Positions 47,650 to 58,939 of a stretch of DNA of 64,000 nucleotides are shown piece by piece. The DNA is from Coniocarpon cinnabarinum. Lineage: Eukaryota. The position numbers and the translations under genes were made by a program. Below the pieces are notes generated by a model, which was given only the letters and a program-made list of their open reading frames with translations, was not told the origin of the DNA and did no database searches. Positions within the stretch are counted from its first letter, which is position 1, and every line of letters begins with the position of its first letter. The stretch lies in NCBI GenBank assembly GCA_051942205.1, contig JAVECO010000058.1:1-64000 (forward strand), given 5' to 3'.

Positions 47650-47837
47650 CTTCCACCTTGCAGGTGACTGGAAGATTTCCAAGGAAGTAAGGTCCATGGC
47701 AGGTGTGTTAACACACCTGCCTGGCAATTTCACATGCCTTACGAACCCCTTTCCACCTCACACCTGAGGTGTAGGCACGTGTCCGGATCCCACAGTCAAT
47801 AAAAGCTTTCAAGCTCCTGGGATCCGGCACACGTGCC
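47650..47837. other. Cluster of inverted repeats/palindromes with seven CANNTG E-boxes
   Basis: Perfect 24-bp palindrome 47698-47721; 7-bp hairpin 47754-47771; 19-bp inverted repeat 47774-47792/47818-47837 with one bulge. Confidence 0.9.
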
Positions 47838-47864
47838 ATAACAAACAACGAGGAACGAACAAAA

Positions 47865-48199
47865 ATGTGCCTCATAGACGAGGTCACCTACGCTGGGTGC
47901 GGAGACACCCAACACGAGAATATCCAGTTCTGCGCGCTGTGGCGGCAGACCCTACGGGTCTGCATGGACGCCGACATCAACACGGAGTACACGAAGCCGG
48001 GCAAGTGCGGTAAGTCAGGCACCATTCCTGATCTTTGAGTTAACAGGACTCCTAACGCAGAGGATACATAGGTCGTTGCGACCGCTACAAGGGCGTAAAC
48101 ATAATCGGCCCATATAAAGGCAAGAGAAAAGGCTCCGGAGGCGCTACAGAGACCCCAGGAACATCATCAGGAACGACGGCCAAGAAGGCGTCGTCATAG
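47865..48199 (+). CDS. Small Cys-rich putative zinc-binding protein (90 aa, 2 exons)
   Basis: A-rich context AAAAATG; exon 47865-48009, intron 48010-48071 (GTAAGT..CTAAC..TAG), exon 48072-48199. MCLIDEVTYAGCGDTQHENIQFCALWRQTLRVCMDADINTEYTKPGKCGRCDRYKG.. The splice restores CxxC. Confidence 0.78.
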
Positions 48200-50232
48200 T
48201 GAGTATAGATTAGCGAACAACACAAGTTGGAGCTTCATACTTATGATACCTAGAACATACTGAATACAAGTTGATTGACATCGAAACTTGAATGTGCTCT
48301 GTGCTCTCGCTTTCATTTAAAAGTGCGTGCTGGCTTTGTGTCATCATCCTAGGACGTGCGAGTAATCAAACTTGCCAACGTAGAGCCTCAAAATTTCCAC
48401 GAACGACGCTCGCGTACTTTGTAGACACGTTTGAGCCAGGACGTTTCCCCAAACAAAATCGCTTCCCTGATCTGCACAAAGAATCATAGCCTTTGGAGAC
48501 TATATCTTAAAGCCTTGCTGCTGCGTGCTATTGCCGCCAGCAACCAGCGACGTAGATGCAACGCACAATGCTGGTCCATTGATATCACAGATACTCTCAC
48601 TTGTCATGTACTAAATCATCAAAGCACCAACTGCTGACCAACAAACCAATGGCAAGGGAGCAAAAAGGCGTCTCTAAGTTCAGTCTTTAATCATTTGAAC
48701 CAAAATAACTGCATCCTCTCTCTTTCAGCACCCATCGGCCTTCTTCAAGGCCGACGCTAATAATGTCCAAGCAGAACCTGCGATCTATTTCAAACATGAA
48801 GAATTGAACAGATCGTTACGACAAAAAACGTAGCCACCGCGGTAATGATCTGCTACTCTTTAGCGCAGCTTGAGATGACACAACCCTATTACTCAAGACA
48901 TCGGTGCACAACAAACGTTCCAGAATCCTGGATCGCATCGCCGTGCAATGATGTAGCTCAATCAGCACTGATAAACTCGACCAAGTCCGCGTCCTGAGTA
49001 AGCCGGATGCATTAGAAGTGAAACCGATGTGAGTGTGTTCACTACGATGTTTACCCTTGTTAGGCACTTAGCCGGCTGAGCGTTGATATGAGCCCTCGCC
49101 TCACAGTAGCGACGCGACGTTAGTACCGATCCATTGTCTACAGCCGCGAAACCTCCTCCGACAGGCCATTGTTTCACCGCTTCTTCATTTATCGCCTGAC
49201 TGAGTGCGCATGAGGCTAAATTCAACATGGTTTCTGCTTTGCTGTCACTGTTCAGTTGAACCATTCGTTGAGCTTCAAGCAGCAGTACTCCTCCATTCGA
49301 GGATATAGCACAGCTCTAGCGCGACTTACAGGCAAAGTGAGTTTTGCAAAGCCTCTACCGCCAGTACAAATGTTTGTATCTTCTCTTATGTTTTGAAGAT
49401 TGGTACAGAATCACGCTCTCAGAACTGAGTTGGGTGTCGCAAAACAATAATGGTTCCCATCAGGCACCCTCACCAAGGTCTACATGTTCAAGAAATGGTA
49501 GGGATTCCGCTGATTTGACATCGTTTCAGATGTCCCTGCTTGAAATCAGTCGACGCTTGCGATTGAACGGCAAGCTGTGTTGTATCTTACGTACAAGGCA
49601 TGGCTGCTATGCTGGATTTTGGATGGATTCTCGACCATGCTTCAGCCACAATGAGCGCAATATTGGCAAGCCTTGTTACAATGCGGACATTGGCACCGCT
49701 TGATTGGTGTAGAAACCATCACATCAGGTGTAACTTATGTTACGCAAGTTCACTGGAGAAAAACAGATGGTGCCAAATCTGTGGATACTGTGCTCTAGGC
49801 TTTACGTCAAATTTTGCCAGCACACCAGGTTTTACAGTGAAATGATAGTATTGGCAAAGCAATATACGCGGCTCGCTTGGAAATAGCAAGGCTGTCTAGT
49901 CAGCTAAAAGGTGGCTCCCGAAAATGCTCGTTGTTGGCAAAATCGCCGTCATCGACGCAGCCAAGATTTGTCGATGAGCAGCAACCCTTGTACGTGAGAC
50001 ATCTCAGCTTGCTGTTTGCAGTTGTTTCGCAGCCTAGCTTTACAGCGCGGCTTGATCTGCAGCAGGGAAACCGAATCCTTCTTTGAAGCAGGAAAAGAAA
50101 CGACCTAACTTTATAGGAGTGTCAACAACAAGTCAAACAGCCATGCCACGGCACTACCCTCCAACTGCCACCTGCGAGGAACATCTTGCCAATGATATGC
50201 AGAGATGAGGGTGAGTACATAGCTGATGTACT

Positions 50233-51053
50233 TCATTCGAAGTTAATAACTCGTCCCCACGCCACCGTCCCACCCAAAATCTTCCCAGCAGTCCACCCCA
50301 AATACGCTCCCGTACAAATAGTCACCGGCCACTTCTGCCACTCGCGATCCCAATCCAACGGAATCGGAATAGCACCCAGCCAGCACCCGAACAGCGTCCC
50401 GAGTGCCGCGCCCAGACATTCATCGACGGGTGCGCTCAAACTCACAATCTGTCGCCAGTTCTGCGCTCCCAGACCACGCGTGTAGAAGAGCGCGGGCGTC
50501 GCCAGGAGAGTAATATGCATGGATAACACACAAGTGTGCGCGAAGTGAGATGTCAGTGGCGCGCCGTGGGCGACTAGCAGCGCGAAGACGAAGGGTGGCG
50601 CCAGGAAGAGGGCTGAGATTATGGAGATGAGAGTTGGCTGTGCACGTGATGAGTTTGTACTGCTCGTACATGAAGATCTCGTCAACTTACAATGATACGT
50701 TGACTGACTGAGCTGCCTTTCGCGGGCTGGACGCCATTTTTCTTTTTTGATTTCTCTGTTGATGCCGTACCGCTGCTTCGAGGTAAGCAGAGGGCACAGT
50801 AGGCCCCCTGCAGGACCCCTATGGGTAGTAACAGGCCTGTCACCCCCCCGATTGGGTCGGCGACAACAGATTGGAAGCCAGCGAAATATACCAGAGGTAC
50901 GATGACATTATGTATCTGGGTATATGTTTGTGAAGATTGTTCCTGCAGTAAGGTAATTGGTTGTATGGGTGGTAATAATCCAGACGTGGATTGGGATGGC
51001 GCTTCTGTCTTTGCTGGTGTCGACTGTTTGGCTGGCGTGCTCTGAGAAGGCAT
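50233..51053 (-). CDS. GPI11: GPI ethanolamine-phosphate transferase subunit Gpi11/PIG-F
   Basis: One intron. HGAPLTSH..GCWLGAIPIPLDWDREWQKWPVTI signature. Confidence 0.93.
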
Positions 51054-51262
51054 TGCACCTTCTGAGTCGCTGCTAAATTTCAATCGTATGTCACTGCTTA
51101 ATCAATGTTCATCCGAACGTGATCCGTATAGAGAAATAGGGAGGATCCAAAGGCGGGAGACTTTTGTTTTGCATATGACTTGTTTACAAAAAGGTAGGCT
51201 CGGCAAGCAGTTTCGCTAAGATCAATCCCGATTGAATGCCAAAGTCCAAGTTCGCCTACAGC

Positions 51263-51740
51263 ATGGCAAAGGAAGATTACTCCGGCATCGTGGGCGGCGG
51301 TCTGAAATTCAAAGGCGACGGTGTGAAAAAGAAGAAGAAGAAGCATACTTCCATGCTCAAGGACGAGGAGAAAGCAGAGGGTGTTTCCAAGGCTATAGCT
51401 CAAGTTGAAGCAGACGATGACGAAGCAAAACAGAAAGCCAAGGACGATGAGACAAGCGGTACCGCGAAGTCTGCTGATCAGCTAAAGGAGATGCAAGAAT
51501 CACTGATGACAGAGTCGGAGCGGGCATTTGCTCGTGCCAAACGTGATAGGGTGTGTTATTGTTGTCGTGATACCAGTAGCAGCCTGGCAAGGCCATGAGT
51601 GCTCACTGATCGTGTTACAGATGCTCAAAGGCGACAAGAATATGAGTCTGAAGAGCTATGAGGAGAGGAAACAGCTGTTCGCCAAGTCACTTGCTGAAGC
51701 GCCGGAGCACAATGATATGCCCAAGGTTGGACCGGGTTAA
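51263..51740 (+). CDS. FAM32A/DUF1754-like small nuclear protein
   Basis: DYSGIVGGGLKFKG..KKKKKK..MTESERAF..EHNDMPKVGPG*; intron about 51551-51620; alternative ATG at 51236. Confidence 0.85.
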
Positions 51741-52440
51741 TCGTCTCCAAATTCTAAGGGGACCATGATCAATGTCACGTCCAGTAAATATAGTGCAGGG
51801 CACCCAAATTATCAATACAGTACGCTTTCTGCGCCAGTCAAGGGCACTTCCACTCCAACTCAAGCTGATTAATGCCGTTGCACTATTCAGCATGTTCCCA
51901 CTGCGTGCCAAGGAATAGAGACGATCGGCCTCTTCATCAGCGCATGAACACGGGAAGCGACTGCGATTGAGCTTCTACAATCCGCCTTGGACTTCTCTTG
52001 CAAGAACACTAATGTTAAACGACCCAGGTTGGGGATTAGCATCGGCGAACCGACATGTTGTCGAACGCAGTCATGGCCTTGGCATTCTCATCAGGACATA
52101 CTCTCTGAACAGATGGTTGCTGATAGACAAGATTTCGGACATGGCCTAGTGACCCGGTAACAGACGAGATGAAGGAGGCGAATCCTCGGCGATGGCCACT
52201 TCACGCTGAGAGCGAAGATAGCTCGAAATGCTGTGCTCAACTGTGCACCGAGACCTGCTGAAAGACCGCCAAAGCGTACGGGCTAGCTTAAGATCCCATG
52301 CAAACTGGGTAGCTGGAGCCGCATTCAGGTCTGATCTTCGTCTGTTCGTGCAAAATAGTGTTTGTTTGTTTGTTTGGTCGAATCGAGATACGTGGCTCGC
52401 CTTTCCGACAGTGGACAAGGTAATCGGTAAAACATAGACA

Positions 52441-53628
52441 TCACATCGTAGCAGTCGGGAAATAGTACTGATCCCAGAGAAATTCGTAGTCTTCAATGAT
52501 CACGCCAACCATGTCGATCAACATTTTACCTCGAAGCGTCTCAGCCACGCCGTGAATCCACTTGCGGGTAATGTTTTCGTAGAAGGCGCCGCGCATCATC
52601 CACCAACCCATCGACCATCCACGTTTGGTGAGCTCTTCTCGCTCCAACGCTGTCAGATTGCGGAGACCACCAGCTACCCTTTCATGCAGGTCTTGCTTGG
52701 CAAGTTGTCTTGCCCCGTACTCAAGCGCGAAACCCATCAACCAAGGTCGCCAGTTCTTCTTGTCGTTGGCGTAGCGTTGCATGATTAACGCAGTTACGAC
52801 AGGTCGTAGGATATATAGCCACTCAGCTACTTCCCCTCGGCCTGTGACGCGATGAAGCAAAGCTTTCGGTGGTTTGACGTCGTCTGCTGTGAGTACTTTC
52901 GACAGCAAATAGTTTGAGATGTCTTGTGAGTCTGGAAGACTGGGCAGTGACAGACCTGTGCGGGGCATTGTCCACTTCACGTCTTCCGAGCTCTCGCTTG
53001 GTGTGCTTGCAGTGCCGTCTTGATCTGTTTGCTCAGCAGTCTCTTGCTGCTCCAAAGTGCTTGGATCAACCTCACGCTGTGGAAGCGGCGGCGACAGAAG
53101 TGGGCGGGAGTTGGTTAGGCGGAGTAGCAGTAATCGACACACAGCTTTGACAACTTCCAAGACTACAACGACGCGCCAGCGGACCTTCTCTCCTCTTCGC
53201 TTTGCGGCCATCTCCCACAACAGCTCGGTATATTGTGTCATTTGCAGTAGCAATGCGATGCGACGGTAGATGGGTGACTTTCGCGTCCAGAATCTGGTAT
53301 AGCGGTTATGCGGAGAAGGATAGGGTCTTTGCGCGGTTGGTAGTCGCGCCACGGCTTTGGCGAGGAGGGAGTCATGATACATCGAGAGCAGCTGAACACC
53401 ACTATAGAGCGACTCTGAAGCGATTTCGGATTCTCTGAAGCGACCAGGGATGAAGTATGTGAGTTGGCGCAAACCAGATTCAATCGTCTTCACCATGCCA
53501 GCGTTCTTCAGGATAAGGTCATCGTATTTGACGCGCCATTCGTTCGGTAGCGACAAGGGACGTGGTATGCTGGTCGCATAGCCTTTTACCGCCTCACCCA
53601 GCCCCATTTCGCCGTTCATTTTGGCCAT
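52441..53628 (-). CDS. PEX16: Peroxisomal membrane biogenesis protein Pex16
   Basis: IESGLRQLTYFIPGRFRESEIASE..QYTELLWEM..RWRVVVVLE..AEWLYILRP..MRGAFYEN..WDQYYFPTATM. Confidence 0.93.
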   Translation of the reverse strand: MAKMNGEMGLGEAVKGYATSIPRPLSLPNEWRVKYDDLILKNAGMVKTIESGLRQLTYFIPGRFRESEIASESLYSGVQLLSMYHDSLLAKAVARLPTAQRPYPSPHNRYTRFWTRKSPIYRRIALLLQMTQYTELLWEMAAKRRGEKVRWRVVVVLEVVKAVCRLLLLRLTNSRPLLSPPLPQREVDPSTLEQQETAEQTDQDGTASTPSESSEDVKWTMPRTGLSLPSLPDSQDISNYLLSKVLTADDVKPPKALLHRVTGRGEVAEWLYILRPVVTALIMQRYANDKKNWRPWLMGFALEYGARQLAKQDLHERVAGGLRNLTALEREELTKRGWSMGWWMMRGAFYENITRKWIHGVAETLRGKMLIDMVGVIIEDYEFLWDQYYFPTATM

Positions 53629-54012
53629 GGTATTGCTCTGCACGACGCGTAGGCAAGAGAACGCGATAGGATGATAGGAGAGCCGAGGAGGCTGGCAGGC
53701 ACGCACTCTAGAGTGCAGCTGTTGCTTTTGTGGCACTCAGTATACTAAGTAGATGCACGGACCCATTATGAGTCCAGTAATCCTGCTCGAAGGTCAGTCG
53801 CAAGATTGAAATATACAGGTATCTTTCTGGGGCCTTGTACCTCAAACGCCAGCAACAGTACCGTCTTCATCAACCTGTGGTCTTGCAAGCCGTCCGTCCT
53901 ATACAACCGAATAATACTTGCTCGCTGCTTGGGTAGCGATCTGGCTCGCAGCACTTCATCATTTTTGTAACGCTCGGGGTGCTCCCCTTGGAACTAGAAA
54001 CAGGCGTTCGCG

Positions 54013-55202
54013 ATGCCTGCTACGACGGCTGAGACGCTTTCCCTTGTCAACAGAACTGTGACTGTCGCGCCTCTCGTTCTCCTCTCAGCCGCAGATCATT
54101 TCGGACGGATAACGAAGGGCTCGAAGAAGCGAGTGGTTGGAGTCTTGCTTGGCCAGAATGATGGCAAAGATGTGCGAGTATCGAATTGCTTTGCAGGTAA
54201 AACTAGAGTGTCTTTATGAACACGTATCAACTGCTGACAAAATACCCAGTTCCATTCGAGGAAGATGAGAAGGACCCCAGCGTCTGGTTCCTTGACCACA
54301 ACTACATTGAGTCGATGGGCGACATGTTCAAGAAGGTGAATGCAAGAGAGAAGTTGATCGGATGGTATCACACGGGGCCGAAGCTCCGGGCGAGTGATCT
54401 CGAGATCAACGACCTCTTCAAGCGATACACGCCGCATCCTTTACTGGTGATCATCAATGTCCAACCGATAGAAGTCGGCATTCCCACAGATGCTTACTTT
54501 GCCGTGGAGGAGATCAAGGATGATGGAACTGAGTCCCGGAAAACCTTCGTCCACACACCCAGCACGATCATGGCAGAGGAGGCAGAAGAGATCGGAGTTG
54601 AACACCTACTCAGAGACATCCGAGACGTAGCGGTCGGCACACTGAGCACGCGTATCACTGGCCAGTTGCAAAGTTTGCAAGGTTTACACCTGCGATTACG
54701 GGAAATTGGTGATTATCTAGGGAAGGTCGAGAAGGGACAGCTGCCAGTGAACCACGCTATCCTCGGAAATCTTCAGGACGTATTCAACTTACTACCCGGA
54801 TTGAACGCGCCTGGCGGTGGTAAGAAGGCAATACCTAATCTGGGAGGCCAAGCAGCTCAGGTCAACGGCGCAGGGCATCTTGCAAACGGAACAGCTTTGA
54901 AGGAGGAGAGTTCATTCGGTAGCGGACAGAATAACGAGCTGAGCAGAGCGATGAGCATCAAGACAAACGACCAACTCATGAGCATTTACTTGAGCAGTCT
55001 GATCCGCGCCATCACCGCTTTCCACGACCTAATCGAGAACAAGATTCAGAACAAGCAGCAAGCTGAGGAAGCAGACGGTACAGCCAAAGAAGAGAAGAAG
55101 GAAGGTAGTGATGTCAATGGCGAGAAGAAAGAGGACGAAAAGAAAGACGGCGAGAAGTCGAAAGACAAAGACAAGGAGAAGGACACGCCGAAAAAGAAGT
55201 AG
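54013..55202 (+). CDS. RPN8: 26S proteasome lid subunit Rpn8 (MPN domain)
   Basis: [64 protein letters not shown]; one intron. Confidence 0.97.
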
Positions 55203-55343
55203 AGGCATTGGAATCCACCATCATGACTTGCATTGGACGGCGCCGAGTGAAGCAAAGCATTACAGCATTGACGGCCTGTGTAAATGAAGGCTTTGTAATA
55301 GTATACAACATTTGCAGCGCTCTTGAGCCACACAACAGCTCTT

Positions 55344-56420
55344 TCAAAGCCCGAAGCCCGCTCCTGCTGCCCAACCTGCCGCCTCTTCATTATCTACCCA
55401 TTGCTGCAGCACACCTTTGGCTGAAGCCTCAGCTGGACGCTCACCTTGCCGCCGAGCTGCCGTCATGGTGAACACGCTGGGCATCGCCTCGGCCAGCACA
55501 CATGCTAGTAGGTGCTTGCAACACGCTGGCAATCCCTCACGCCCGTCCTTCACCCTGATCTCTCCTCCATGATCTTTGCAGAAGGCATCGAGGCCCCCAA
55601 AGCCAAACCTCAAAGCCTCAGACAACTCTCCTCGCATTTCGTCACGAAGCACATTCGTCCGTTGACCTCCCCTGCCTTGTCCAGATCGTCCTACCTCTCC
55701 TTTCATAACATCACCCAGCCTCTCTCGTGCCTCATTCGTTGCATCCATGCCGTCTGAGAATGCCGCCAGAGCAAACGCAGGACACGAACAATTCCACGCC
55801 AGAAGATGAATCGCATAGCCCTTACTTGTAATGAATGGATCCGCGTCAGAAGTAGCAAAGCGAGATGGCGGAGGCACAGCGGAACGAACAAAATATGTGG
55901 AGTATGACTGCGTTGATCCTGGAATGTGACTTTGCTCGTGTGATGATGACTTGTCCTCGCTCGCTTGAGGCTCTGCGGAGATGAGCTCTGCTGACTCTTG
56001 AGCGCTTGCAGCTGCAGTCGGCGAGTCCGGCATATCCACATCGTCATCGTCGGCCGCATTCATCTCTGAGACAATGTCATGACGCTGCTGTGTCAAAGTC
56101 CCAAAATCACGTGTGTTTGCGTGGTCATCTTTTCCTGCGCCATGCGAGGTATTCTTTTCACGTCTGTTGACACTGCTTTCTGCCGAGCCGCTCACATTGA
56201 GCTTGATGACACATCCTCGATCGAGGAGATCAAGCGCGTCGAGTAGAATGTGTGGATAAATGAGATGAAGTGTTAGTAAAGCTGGACGTGCTGGGTCTGG
56301 AATACCGGCGCCAGCTGTAGCATTTTGCGATTCATGTTTGAGGGTCACGATGAGGCGGGATAGCACTATGGGCAAGCATGGTAAGTTGCTCGTTTGGTGG
56401 GTGAGGTTCGTGTCAGACAT
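55344..56420 (-). CDS. SWIM zinc-finger protein (Sws1/ZSWIM7-like)
   Basis: LLTLHLIYP..ALDLLDRG..YFVRS..AWNCSCPAFA..CKHLLAC; first ATG at 56420. Confidence 0.8.
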   Translation of the reverse strand: MSDTNLTHQTSNLPCLPIVLSRLIVTLKHESQNATAGAGIPDPARPALLTLHLIYPHILLDALDLLDRGCVIKLNVSGSAESSVNRREKNTSHGAGKDDHANTRDFGTLTQQRHDIVSEMNAADDDDVDMPDSPTAAASAQESAELISAEPQASEDKSSSHEQSHIPGSTQSYSTYFVRSAVPPPSRFATSDADPFITSKGYAIHLLAWNCSCPAFALAAFSDGMDATNEARERLGDVMKGEVGRSGQGRGGQRTNVLRDEMRGELSEALRFGFGGLDAFCKDHGGEIRVKDGREGLPACCKHLLACVLAEAMPSVFTMTAARRQGERPAEASAKGVLQQWVDNEEAAGWAAGAGFGL

Positions 56421-56714
56421 GAATTTGCATGTTCTCTTACGGGCAAGGTCATGGTGGCAGACGTTAGTCAGCAAGATACGTAAAGCCAGCCTGGAGTCGG
56501 TTGTAGAGTATCTAAAAATGCGAGCACAGATGTTGGCCTGGTCGATATATCACTGCGTGCGCACGAACGGAAGAAACGTTCAAGGAAGTAGGAAGGATCC
56601 ATTCCTAGACCGCGCACATCTAGAACCTTTTTGCAGGGCTCGCCGCAACTATCTCGTGCCGTGGTCTGCTTCGCTCAATAGATGTCGCCCGCGTCTGCAA
56701 CATTCTCAAATCGT

Positions 56715-57543
56715 TCATCCTGCCTCTTCCAGAATATGCCCCCTCTCGCTCACGTATAGCCCATCCAAGAACTTTCGGATATCCTTGTTCCGCACCCGGC
56801 ACGCTTGCTGTATGCTGGCTGCGCTTTGACTGACATCCTCCAGCGAGTTGCCGCTGACCTCCAGCTGATCCTTCTGATTCTTTGACGGTGCGACTTCAAC
56901 TCCTGGCGCCATTGCGATCCTTCGGACGAGCTTCTCTCCAATGAAGTTTCTGTATTGCTTTGCGTCAGCCCTTGCATATTGGACCGCAACATTGACTGAT
57001 GTTGCATGCTGAGTCACGAGAGACTGCCTTACCGAATCTCAACCTCGGGAACACCGGTCTCCTTGTTGTTGTCGATGTTTACGTTGATCGGAAAATGGGC
57101 GTAGACATAACGCATCTTGTATTTAAACCCCTTCGTGACGCCAGTGATCATATTCTCGATGAGCGAGCGGACTGTGCGGAGACAAGCGACGGATTTGCGG
57201 GCACCATGGTGCATCTCAATGTTGATGCTGTCACGGTTTGTCTGCTTGAAGGAGATTGCCAGATGTTGGAGGTTCTTGACGAGTTTTCCTGGCGCGGCGC
57301 ATATTAGTATTTCTGGCGTTTATATTCAAATTCGATACTTGGGACAGAGGCTGGAGTCTTCTTCCGAAGGGTGCTGGGGCAATAGTACCTCGTGGGCCTT
57401 CGACTGTAATGATGCGCGTCTTGATTCCAACCTTGACTGCGAAGAAAGTATTAGCCTGGCTGTTTATTATTGCCGACCAGATTGACAGATTACGCACCGC
57501 CTTTCGGAATCTTCAGCTCCTGAGAGCTGTAGATGTACTTCAT
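56715..57543 (-). CDS. RPL9: 60S ribosomal protein L9 (uL6)
   Basis: Three introns. [59 protein letters not shown]. Confidence 0.97.
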
Positions 57544-58939
57544 CTTGACTGTGAGCGAGGTTTGCAAGTTCGAGATGCAACTGCTAAAGATCTGGTGGTG
57601 CAATCCACGAATGTCGATAGTGGGCTGGCTTAGCTAAGCGTAATTTTCGTGCTAGCCTTGCATCTCAGGCTCGACACATCCCACCCTACCTAATGTATTA
57701 GACACTTTCATAAACGTGGTCTCGCCTCCCCTTACGTGACGTGCTGTTTTGAAAGACTGCAGACGACGAATTCCGGTTGAGACTTAGGTTCACTGTGGAT
57801 GCATCTGGCACCTCGCTTTCGCGCCTCGCTTTCGCATCATCCGCTTGGACATCAATTCGACATGGTGCGGTCTTCAACATATGAGAAAATCTGCACTTGG
57901 TCACGTGTCAAAGCAAGGATGACTCGACTTCAATCTGCATTCAATACGCCACGTCCATTAAATATCTTGGCTGTCAGCAAAAGGCAAAAGTTTACTCAAG
58001 TCAGATTCATTTCCGTCTAATTTCTTCAGACGCTCTCAAGAGTCATGACGAAGTCTAAGTTGTTTCTGTTCGTTGTCCAGTGTTCGTACCAGCGTGGTTC
58101 ACTAGTCGGACATTTTAATGTACTGCAAAACTTCCGTACCGTTCTGCAGGCTAGGCCAGGACTTCTTCTTCTTCTGTTACCCCGTCTAGACCCGGAGCAT
58201 GCCCGCCTTGGGACGAACCCCCTGGCTGGTCGTTGGTCAGAGTCTCAAAAACTTCGCAAGGAGTCGTGCCGCTCAACAAAAGTACATCGCGTGATCACAT
58301 GGTGCCGGCAGGTTGCAATGAGCTTCGGAATATTCTGAAAACGCAAAAATATGTATTGCCTCTCCTGGAACAGAACCTTGGCCGCCAAACCTCAAGTTGA
58401 CTCGCCACGTGGTGGGCCTGCATTAGTCTCGGGTCATTTCTTCTCAAGAAGGTGAGCTGCTGTGTTGATCCTCCCCAGGGACGCGTCCGCTTACCACCTC
58501 CACCCCTGGCCCCCAACTCTAATTACTACCTAAACATTTGCAACTGCGCAATGCTGCGCATTGCCGCGGGCCCTTGGAAGCTTTTGAGACAGTAGGCATG
58601 TGGCGCGTGCAAGTCATGCCAGCCATTGGTGCGGGGATGACTTCACAGACTGCCCCTACGGAATGCCGTGCCATGCATCCTTTTCCGGCAACAGCTCAGC
58701 CGACTTTGACAGTCACCTCCGCGAAGGCAAGATTACGACAAGCGCCGTGCCTCATGCTGACCATGTTTCATTGGTTCCAACATCCGTTTGCAACCGGACC
58801 GGGGGCGAAGTTGCTGCTGACCCGCATGGACCTTATGCCGTGGCTCATCCATGATGGGGTACTATATCGCTAGCATTGTGCCCATTGATATTCGTTGGAG
58901 ATTTCGCGACAACATTGCTGGACGAGCTATTGTCCCAAG

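Noticed and set aside
9467..55202. Proteostasis gene cluster (UBC8, NAS6, prefoldin, RPN8)
   Set aside because: The genes are scattered among unrelated housekeeping genes; nothing beyond chance neighbourhood.
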